Source: Bacteriovoracaceae bacterium
GTDB lineage: Bacteria > Bdellovibrionota > Bacteriovoracia > Bacteriovoracales > Bacteriovoracaceae
NCBI GenBank assembly: GCA_049599895.1
Contig: JBMYPC010000084.1
Location: 1 to 13,700 of the forward strand
DNA: 13,700 bases
Direction of reading: 5' to 3'
The stretch's first letter is position 1; every line of letters begins with the position of its first letter. Below the pieces are notes generated by a model, which worked only from the letters and a program-made list of their open reading frames with translations, did not search any database and was not told the origin of the DNA. Positions 1 through 6,803 of this stretch are shown here, in pieces. The position numbers and the translations under genes were made by a program.

Positions 1-217
1 TCATCTCTTTTGAAGTGACTCTTTGACCATCCACAAATTCAAACTTAATTTTAGCTCGATCAAGCTCCTCTTTGATATAGGGGCCACCACCATGAACGAT
101 TAAGATTTTAAAATGAGGATAGTTCTTTTGAACTGAGGTTATATCTTTAGAAAATCTTCTAAGGTTTTCATCTTGAACAAGAAGAGATCCACCGATCTTA
201 ATAACAAGATCAAACAT
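1..217 (-). CDS. argB: Acetylglutamate kinase, N-terminal part (runs off the window edge; missing from the ORF track)
   Basis: Manual translation of the minus strand from ATG at 217 gives MFDLVIKIGGSLL...KILIVHGGGPYIKEELDRAKIKFEFVDGQRVTSKEM. It carries the NAGK signatures KxGG, VHGGGP and FxxGxRVT. It starts 2 nt after the argJ stop. Confidence 0.93.
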   Translation of the reverse strand, partial: MFDLVIKIGGSLLVQDENLRRFSKDITSVQKNYPHFKILIVHGGGPYIKEELDRAKIKFEFVDGQRVTSKEM

Positions 218-219
218 TT

Positions 220-1419
220 TTAATTATACTCGGTATTGATATCAACATACTTCTTTGTCAGATCACATCCCCAAGCGGTTGCTTCATAATCACCAGATTT
301 GAAATCAACATTAACTTCAATATGATCATCACCAAGACTTGTTCGAACTTCATAAAAGTCGAGAGGCTCCATCTCGCCTTCTTTTAAAATTGATATCCCT
401 TGAATGCTAAGGTTCATGGTTTCAAGGATTTCCTTTGGAGCTCCAAATTGACCAAGTCTTGAATAAATTCTTCCCCAGTTTGGATCTCCACCATGAATTG
501 CCGTTTTGACTAAGGGACTTGTTACCAGAGATCTTGCAAGTTCCTTAGCAAGGCATTGTTTAGGAGCTCCTTTAAGCTTCACTTCAATAAGTTTGCTCGC
601 TCCTTCTCCATCGGCGGCAATGCTTTTTGCCATATGGGTCGCAAGATCAAGAAGGGCCACCATAAACAAGTTTTTATCTTGGTCGTTAACGATTTCAACT
701 TCACTTGCACCATTGGCCATCATAAAAACAGTATCATTGGGACTTGTTTCTCCGTCGACACTGATCATATTAAAAGATTTTTCGACAACTTCTTTTAACC
801 AACTTTGCATAAGAGTGAGATCAAGAGAAACATCAGTTGCAATATAACCAAGCATGGTCGCCATATTGGGATGAATCATGCCTGATCCCTTGCAGATTCC
901 TGTCAGACGAATCTCTCCTTCACTTAAATTCACCGTCGTGGTAAACGCCTTTGGCACAAGGTCTGTTGTCATAATTGCTGTCGCAAATCTTTCAGCCGAT
1001 TTTCCCTTATTATTCACAAGATCAGGGATCGCCCTTTCAATTTTTTCAATAGCAAGAGGCATTCCAATCACACCTGTGGATGCCGTCGCAATTTGACTCG
1101 GAGTGAGTTTCATCTCCATGGCAAGAGCATGAACCATTCGAAGATTGTCCTCCGCTCCCTTAGGACCTGTTGCCGTATTGGCCTGTCCTGAATTTGTAAT
1201 AATGGCCTGAAGGTTGTCTGTAGGAAGAACTTCTTGGCAATACTGAATATGATGAGATTGAGCTGTATTTTTTGTGTAAACAGCCGCCGCTTTCGCAGGA
1301 TACTTACTATAAAGAACTCCTAAGTCTGGTCTATATTTTCGAATACCAGCATTAATACTGAAGCTTCGAAAGCCTTTTGGTAATGGGGTTTTACGTGTTC
1401 CAGGTCCAGGGATAATCAT
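220..1419 (-). CDS. argJ: Ornithine acetyltransferase / N-acetylglutamate synthase ArgJ
   Basis: Motifs NSGQAN, STGVIG, IMTTD, KGSGMIHPNMATML (autoproteolysis site with Thr nucleophile), DGEGA and DPNWGRI, with C-terminal GCDLT..YV.IN..Y. Start placed at ATG 1419 because TAAGGA (1431-1426) lies 6 nt upstream; the ORF track uses TTG at 1425. Confidence 0.96.
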   Translation of the reverse strand: MIIPGPGTRKTPLPKGFRSFSINAGIRKYRPDLGVLYSKYPAKAAAVYTKNTAQSHHIQYCQEVLPTDNLQAIITNSGQANTATGPKGAEDNLRMVHALAMEMKLTPSQIATASTGVIGMPLAIEKIERAIPDLVNNKGKSAERFATAIMTTDLVPKAFTTTVNLSEGEIRLTGICKGSGMIHPNMATMLGYIATDVSLDLTLMQSWLKEVVEKSFNMISVDGETSPNDTVFMMANGASEVEIVNDQDKNLFMVALLDLATHMAKSIAADGEGASKLIEVKLKGAPKQCLAKELARSLVTSPLVKTAIHGGDPNWGRIYSRLGQFGAPKEILETMNLSIQGISILKEGEMEPLDFYEVRTSLGDDHIEVNVDFKSGDYEATAWGCDLTKKYVDINTEYN

Positions 1420-1428
1420 TATCAATCC

Positions 1429-2463
1429 TTAAAGTAATCCTGTTGAGAGAGGTAACTGAAAATAGCGATTGGCATTTTCAATAGCTTGAGAAGCAGCTCC
1501 TTTTCTTAAATTATCAATTTGAGAAAAGAGAATCAGACGATCTTCAATCTCAGTGAAACTCATTCGACATTTTGAAGTATTTTGAATTTTTTTAAGAGAG
1601 AGATATGAAGCCTGCTTTTGAGGTTCGTCGTTGAGATTAATAACTTCAACCAGGTTATAAGAAGCATAAGTTTCTTTAAGACAACTTGAAATATTATCAA
1701 TTGTTATCCCCTCTTTTTTCTTAGCATAAATAGAAGCCAAAATTCCTCTTTCAATGGGAACTAAGGTTGTCGTAAAAGTAAAAGAAGCTGGCCTTCCTGA
1801 AAAATGCTCGAGGTATCTTTTAATCTCTGGAGTGTGTTGATGATGACCGATTTTATAAGGAAGAAGGTTTCCGCCTATTTCATTAAAATGTGTGGAGTCC
1901 TTTGGTGTTCTTCCAGCTCCAGATGTTCCTGACTTTGCATCTATAATAATATTTTCAGTCTCAATTAAATCGTTTTTTAAAAGGGGGATTAAAGGCAGAA
2001 GGCTTGCCGTCGGATAACAACCAGGGTTTGAAATAAAGTTGCCTGAAATTTCAGTTTGAAACGGAGAAAGTCCATAAACATTAGGATTCACTCGGCTGTC
2101 ACTTGTATGATCGAGGCCATAATATTTCTTTGATTCTTCTTTTGAAAGTCTAAAGGCTCCAGAAAGATCCACTAAACAGCCCTTAAAAAACAAACCTATT
2201 TTTTCAACTGTTTTAAACGATTGCCCTGCAGTTTGGGCCATAAAAATTAAGTCAATCTCACTTTGGACTTTAAGAAGTTCTTCAAAGTCAAGGGTCTTGG
2301 GAATTGAATCCTCTAAAAGATTAAGGTCATCACTTAACTTCCAATCTTTATTAGAAGAAGTGACATATTGAAGATCAAACTCTGGATGATTTTGAAGAAG
2401 CTTACAAAGCTCTAATCCCGAATATCCTCTTGCCCCAATAACGGCGACAGACTTTTTGGTCAT
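1429..2463 (-). CDS. argC: N-acetyl-gamma-glutamyl-phosphate reductase
   Basis: Rossmann motif IGARGYSG, catalytic NPGCYPTA, DAKSGTSGAGR, HQHTPEI and DNLRKGAASQA; sits in the arg cluster. Confidence 0.96.
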   Translation of the reverse strand: MTKKSVAVIGARGYSGLELCKLLQNHPEFDLQYVTSSNKDWKLSDDLNLLEDSIPKTLDFEELLKVQSEIDLIFMAQTAGQSFKTVEKIGLFFKGCLVDLSGAFRLSKEESKKYYGLDHTSDSRVNPNVYGLSPFQTEISGNFISNPGCYPTASLLPLIPLLKNDLIETENIIIDAKSGTSGAGRTPKDSTHFNEIGGNLLPYKIGHHQHTPEIKRYLEHFSGRPASFTFTTTLVPIERGILASIYAKKKEGITIDNISSCLKETYASYNLVEVINLNDEPQKQASYLSLKKIQNTSKCRMSFTEIEDRLILFSQIDNLRKGAASQAIENANRYFQLPLSTGLL

Positions 2464-2559
2464 AGTAAACCCACCCTAATACTTAACGCTAACAAGTCGA
2501 AAATATTCTGGGTAGAAAGAAATGATTAGAATTTTATTAGAACCCTATTCTGTGCTCTA

Positions 2560-3744
2560 TTATAATGATGTGAAAAACTTCTCTGTCTGATCAATCGCCT
2601 TTTCAAGAGACTCATCACTAATAAGAAGAGACGGTGCAAGTCTCAAAGCTCTTGCCCCAGCAGTTCCCCAAACAAGTCCATAATCGAGCATTTTAATAGC
2701 GCATTCTCGAGGGACATAAGGCCCATGAAGTTCAATTCCATACCATAGTCCAAGACCTCGAAAGTCTTTTACAACCTTAGGAAACTTTTCTTTTAAACCT
2801 TGAAGTTTAGAAATTAAAAACTTCTCGCGATCCTTAACATTTTGGCTTGCATTTGATTTTTTTAGAGTTGTGATAACAGTATTACCAACTTCACAAGCCA
2901 ATGCATTGCCACCAAAAGTCGTTCCATGCATTCCTGGCTCAATCACATCACTTAACTCTTCAGAACAAAGCATCGCTCCTACGGGAAATCCATTACCAAC
3001 ACTTTTAGCCGTAGTAACCACATCTGGCTTCAAATTAAAATTTTGATAACTCCAAAACTTTCCTGTCCGAAAAGCTCCTCCTTGAATTTCATCACAAACA
3101 AGAAGGGCCCCGTGCTCATCACACTTCTTTTGAATTGCCTCGAGAAAACTTTCTTCAAGTGGAACAAGCCCTCCCTCTCCTTGAACAACTTCGATAAAGA
3201 TCCCGGCAACATCTTTTCCAAACTTTTTATCGAGATCTTCAATGTCATTAGGATGCACATGATCAACCCAAGAAAGAAGATCTCCCAGTTGATCCTTTCC
3301 TTTATTCTGTCCAGTGAGACAAAGACTTCCAATACTTCGTCCGTGGAAACTTTGCCTTAAGGCCAAAACTTTTGATTTACCATTTTGTCTTTTATGGGAC
3401 CAAAACTTACAAAGTTTTAAAGCCGCTTCATTGGCCTCGGTTCCTGAATTACAAAAGAAAACTCGATTGAGCTTTTCATCGCCATCTTCTCTTGAATAAT
3501 CAATGAGGTTTTTTGCAAACTTCTCTTGCCAAGGACTTTTAAAAATATTTGAAATATGCATCAAGGTTTTAGATTGCTCTTCAATCGTTTTTGAAACTTC
3601 TGGATGGCAATGCCCTAAACTTAGAACAGCAATCCCACCAAGAAGGTCGATATATTCTTTGTCTTCAACATCATAGAGAAACTCTCCTTTTCCTCTTACG
3701 AAATCGACGGGAAACGGTCTATAGTTGGGATAGACATGACTCAT
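2560..3744 (-). CDS. argD: Acetylornithine aminotransferase (class III PLP-dependent)
   Basis: Motifs GIAVLSLGH, NSGTEANE, SFHGR, EVVQGEGG, DEIQ, TAKSVGNGFP (PLP lysine) and HGTTFGGN. SD CAGGAG upstream of the ATG; first gene of the arg cluster. Confidence 0.93.
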   Translation of the reverse strand: MSHVYPNYRPFPVDFVRGKGEFLYDVEDKEYIDLLGGIAVLSLGHCHPEVSKTIEEQSKTLMHISNIFKSPWQEKFAKNLIDYSREDGDEKLNRVFFCNSGTEANEAALKLCKFWSHKRQNGKSKVLALRQSFHGRSIGSLCLTGQNKGKDQLGDLLSWVDHVHPNDIEDLDKKFGKDVAGIFIEVVQGEGGLVPLEESFLEAIQKKCDEHGALLVCDEIQGGAFRTGKFWSYQNFNLKPDVVTTAKSVGNGFPVGAMLCSEELSDVIEPGMHGTTFGGNALACEVGNTVITTLKKSNASQNVKDREKFLISKLQGLKEKFPKVVKDFRGLGLWYGIELHGPYVPRECAIKMLDYGLVWGTAGARALRLAPSLLISDESLEKAIDQTEKFFTSL

Positions 3745-3809
3745 ACAGCACTCCTGAAAAAAATTTGTCTCTATGATAGCGTAATGACATGCATTTAGAT
3801 ACGAGAACC

Positions 3810-3838
3810 TTGACTGAGATCTTCGAAAAATCTACCAT
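3810..3838 (+). promoter_or_regulatory. Sigma70-type promoter for the dCMP deaminase gene (probably leaderless transcript)
   Basis: TTGACT (3810-3815), 17-nt spacer, TACCAT (3833-3838). The ATG at 3845 follows 6 nt later and there is no SD sequence. Confidence 0.6.
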
Positions 3839-3844
3839 TCATCC

Positions 3845-4405
3845 ATGAACGCTGACGTAAACTATATTAATGTAAAAAGCTCTCTCAGTTGGGACGAGTA
3901 CTTCATGCTGCAAGCAATGCTAGCAAGCTTTAAAAGTAAAGACCCTGTAACTAAAGTGGGTTGCGTCTTTGTTGATGAAAACAATCACCAGATCACAATG
4001 GGTTATAACGGCTTTGTCGCTGGAATTGATGAATCTCAGCTTCCCTGGGGAAAAGACAGCTCTGTTCCTCTCGAACATCAAAAGTATGGTTACGTTGTTC
4101 ACGCAGAGGCCAACGCAATACTCCATTCACCGAGAAGTCTTGTGGGATCAAGACTTTACGTGACACTCTTTCCCTGCCATGAATGTGCAAAGCTTATCGC
4201 CAGCTCGAAAGTATCTGAAGTCGTCTACCTCTACGATAAATATGAGGGTAGTTCATCAAATCAGATCTCTCGAAAAATTTTCGAACTCACCGGCATAAAA
4301 TACCGAAAACTCGATATGCCGACAGATTTGTTGGAGAAACTTCAAGACTACCTCGACATTCTTGTAACTACGCCAGAAATGCCATTAAATAATTCTGGTC
4401 TTTAG
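3845..4405 (+). CDS. dCMP deaminase family protein (ComEB/DCTD-like)
   Basis: Motifs WDEYFM, SKDPxTKVGC, GYNGF, and zinc-binding HAEANA and PCHEC; single domain of 186 aa. Confidence 0.92.
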   Translation: MNADVNYINVKSSLSWDEYFMLQAMLASFKSKDPVTKVGCVFVDENNHQITMGYNGFVAGIDESQLPWGKDSSVPLEHQKYGYVVHAEANAILHSPRSLVGSRLYVTLFPCHECAKLIASSKVSEVVYLYDKYEGSSSNQISRKIFELTGIKYRKLDMPTDLLEKLQDYLDILVTTPEMPLNNSGL

Positions 4406-4489
4406 TTCACTTTTATCTTTTTTGACTTAGAGCTTCTCTAGTAAAATCCTTATGTCTCATTAACACCTACCTTATCAAGGAGTGCCTCA

Positions 4490-5437
4490 GTGCCCCATAA
4501 AATCTTAGTTGCCGATGGTTTTCATAAAGAACTTTTTAAAGAACTCACTACAGTTGATGGATTTGATGTTCATCCTGAAGCGAAAGTTTCTCAAGACGAT
4601 CTTCCTACTCTTTTAAAAGACGTAGAAGCTCTTGTGATTCGATCAGCAACAACTGTTAATAAAAACCTTCTTGAAGCTGCGACAAACTTAAAACTTGTTA
4701 TCCGCGCTGGAGAAGGAACTGATAATATCGACAAAGCTCTTTGTGAATCAAAAAGTATTGCAGTTGAAAATACTCCTGGAGCAAATAATAACTCTGCGGC
4801 TGAACATGCTGTGGCCCTTATGATGTCTGTTTTAAGACATACCCCCAATGCTTCAAGCACAATGACAAATGGAGGTTGGGATAAATCAAAGTTTGTTGGA
4901 AATGAACTTTGGAAAAAGAAAGTTGGAATCGTAGGCTTTGGAAGAATCGGACAGATTGTCGCTAAAAGAATTTCAGGTTTTGAACCAGAGACTTTCTTTT
5001 TTGATCCTTTTGTTAGTGTTAGTCCAAGCCCTGACTATACAAAAGTTAATGACCTTGAAGAGATTTTTAAAACTTGTGACATCGTGACGATCCACACTCC
5101 TCTTCTTCCTCAAACGAAAAACCTTATCACTAAAGATCTTCTTGAAAAAATGCCAAAACATGCTGTTTTAATCAACGCTGCTCGTGGTGGAATTGTTAAT
5201 GAAGCGGATCTGATCTCAGTCCTTAAAGAAGGAAAGATTAAAGCCGCTGGTGTTGATGTCTTTGAACAAGAACCAACCACTGAAGACAACGAGCTTAGAA
5301 AGCTTTCAAATGTTGTCTGTACTCCTCACCTTGGGGCAAGTACTGAAGAAGCTCAGCTTCGCGTTGGTGAAATGGTGATTCATCAATTAAAAGAGTTTTT
5401 TAACAACAACAATGTTGTCAACGCTGTTAAAGCATAA
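4490..5437 (+). CDS. serA: D-3-phosphoglycerate dehydrogenase-like D-2-hydroxyacid dehydrogenase, short form without ACT domain
   Basis: Motifs LVIRSAT, RAGEGTDNID, NTPGAN, GIVGFGRIG, INAARGG, DVFEQEP and TPHLGASTEEAQ. GTG start with SD AAGGAG at 4477-4482. Substrate specificity is not provable from the sequence. Confidence 0.8.
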   Translation: MPHKILVADGFHKELFKELTTVDGFDVHPEAKVSQDDLPTLLKDVEALVIRSATTVNKNLLEAATNLKLVIRAGEGTDNIDKALCESKSIAVENTPGANNNSAAEHAVALMMSVLRHTPNASSTMTNGGWDKSKFVGNELWKKKVGIVGFGRIGQIVAKRISGFEPETFFFDPFVSVSPSPDYTKVNDLEEIFKTCDIVTIHTPLLPQTKNLITKDLLEKMPKHAVLINAARGGIVNEADLISVLKEGKIKAAGVDVFEQEPTTEDNELRKLSNVVCTPHLGASTEEAQLRVGEMVIHQLKEFFNNNNVVNAVKA

Positions 5438-5445
5438 GGATTAAA

Positions 5446-6720
5446 ATGAAGTCATTAGCAATCATCGGTTCGCAATGGGGAGATGAAGGTAAAGGAAAGA
5501 TCACAGATTTGATTGGGCAAAGATCAGATCTTGTCGTTCGCTATCAAGGTGGCAACAATGCTGGCCACACGATTATCGTAGACGATAAAAAAACTGTTCT
5601 TCACTTAATCCCTTCAGGCATTCTTCACGACCATGTTCTTTCAGTTATTGGACATGGAGTTGTTTTTGATCCCGGAGCCTTTGTTAATGAACTTAATGGT
5701 GTAAAAGAATCAGGAGTAAAAGTCACTCCAGAAAAACTTCTCATCTCTGGTCACTGTACAATCATTACTCCTTACAACAAAATTCTTGATGCCGCTCGAG
5801 AGTCTCAAGGACCTATCAAGATCGGAACAACAGGAAAAGGAATTGGACCTGCTTACGAAGACAAGGTTTCAAGAAAAGCAGTCAAACTCATTGATCTTCT
5901 CGATTATGATCGCCTTGTGAAAAAGCTTGATCAGAACATTATTGAAAAGAAAGTTCTTCTAGAAAAACTCTATCAAGTGGATTGTCCTAGTGTTGAAAGT
6001 GTTGCCAAAGAACTTTTTGAAGTTGGAAAACAAATAAAAGAATTTGTTGGCGATTCATTCAGCGTTATTGACCGTGCGATTCTCGCAAACAAAAAGATCC
6101 TCTTTGAAGGGGCACAGGGAGTTCTTCTCGACATCGACTATGGATCATACCCTTTTGTGACTTCATCAAATACATCTTTTGGTGGGATCTACACAGGAGC
6201 GGGAATTCCAGGAAGCCAAATCGATGAAGTTTTAGGAATCACTAAAGCCTATACAACTCGTGTTGGGAGTGGGCCATTTCCTTGCGAACTTGAAACACCT
6301 ATTGGAGAACATATTCAACAAAAGGGTGGTGAATTCGGAGCGACGACAGGTAGAAAAAGACGCTGTGGTTGGCTTGACCTTCCTCTTCTTAAGTACACAG
6401 TGAAAGCCTCAAACCTCACTTCACTTGCTCTCACAAAACTTGATATTCTTTCAGATCTTCCGGAACTTAAAGTTTGCACAGGCTATAAAACCATAACTGG
6501 TGACGTGGTTGATTGTGCTTACCCAGGACTGGACCTTTCTGAAGTTGAACCTATTTACCAAGAAATGACTCCATTTACTGATGACTTCAAAACCGAGGAT
6601 CTCAGTCAAGAACTAAAGAACTTCATCGGAAAAGTAGAGGAATTCGTCAATGTTCCAGTGGGAATTCTCGCTTACGGCCCTGAAAGAAAGCAAATTCAGT
6701 TTAGAAAAGACTATTTTTAA
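5446..6720 (+). CDS. purA: Adenylosuccinate synthetase
   Basis: Motifs GSQWGDEGKGK, RYQGGNNAGHT, GTTGKGIGPAY, FEGAQG, YPFVTSS, GATTGRKRRCGWLD and TKLDIL. SD TAAGGA overlaps the upstream stop codon. Confidence 0.98.
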   Translation: MKSLAIIGSQWGDEGKGKITDLIGQRSDLVVRYQGGNNAGHTIIVDDKKTVLHLIPSGILHDHVLSVIGHGVVFDPGAFVNELNGVKESGVKVTPEKLLISGHCTIITPYNKILDAARESQGPIKIGTTGKGIGPAYEDKVSRKAVKLIDLLDYDRLVKKLDQNIIEKKVLLEKLYQVDCPSVESVAKELFEVGKQIKEFVGDSFSVIDRAILANKKILFEGAQGVLLDIDYGSYPFVTSSNTSFGGIYTGAGIPGSQIDEVLGITKAYTTRVGSGPFPCELETPIGEHIQQKGGEFGATTGRKRRCGWLDLPLLKYTVKASNLTSLALTKLDILSDLPELKVCTGYKTITGDVVDCAYPGLDLSEVEPIYQEMTPFTDDFKTEDLSQELKNFIGKVEEFVNVPVGILAYGPERKQIQFRKDYF

Positions 6721-6749
6721 TTTTTTAGGCTTCTAAACCTTTGTTTTTC

Positions 6750-6776
6750 TAAGAATTATTCTTCAAATTCCGAATA
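6750..6776 (+). promoter_or_regulatory. Candidate sigma28 (FliA)-type promoter for the 1798-aa gene
   Basis: TAAG (6750-6753), 15-nt spacer, TCCGAATA (6769-6776), versus consensus TAAA-N15-GCCGATAA: 3/4 and 5/8 matches, with the CCGA core intact and exact spacing. Confidence 0.4.
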
Positions 6777-6803
6777 GTTAGGTGAATTAAACTTCGCTTA
6801 ACT

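Noticed and set aside
2523..2542. Short direct repeat ATTAGAA (twice) in the argD-argC gap
   Set aside because: A 7-nt AT-rich repeat is expected by chance. No CRISPR array or longer tandem repeat was seen anywhere in the window.
3773..3800. Possible ARG box and promoter upstream of argD (minus strand AAATGCATGTCATTACGC followed by TATCAT)
   Set aside because: Only one half-site resembles an ARG box and there is no convincing -35; too weak to call.
3845..4405. Deaminase as an anti-phage dCTP deaminase (AvcD-like)
   Set aside because: It is a single 186-aa domain with no N-terminal P-loop kinase domain, and it sits among housekeeping genes.
4422..4447. TTGACT...TAAAAT promoter-like pair upstream of serA
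   Set aside because: The spacer is only 14 nt, which does not fit a standard sigma70 promoter.
6721..6750. Intrinsic terminator after purA
   Set aside because: The region is T-rich but has only a very short possible stem (AGG/CCT), with no stable GC-rich hairpin.
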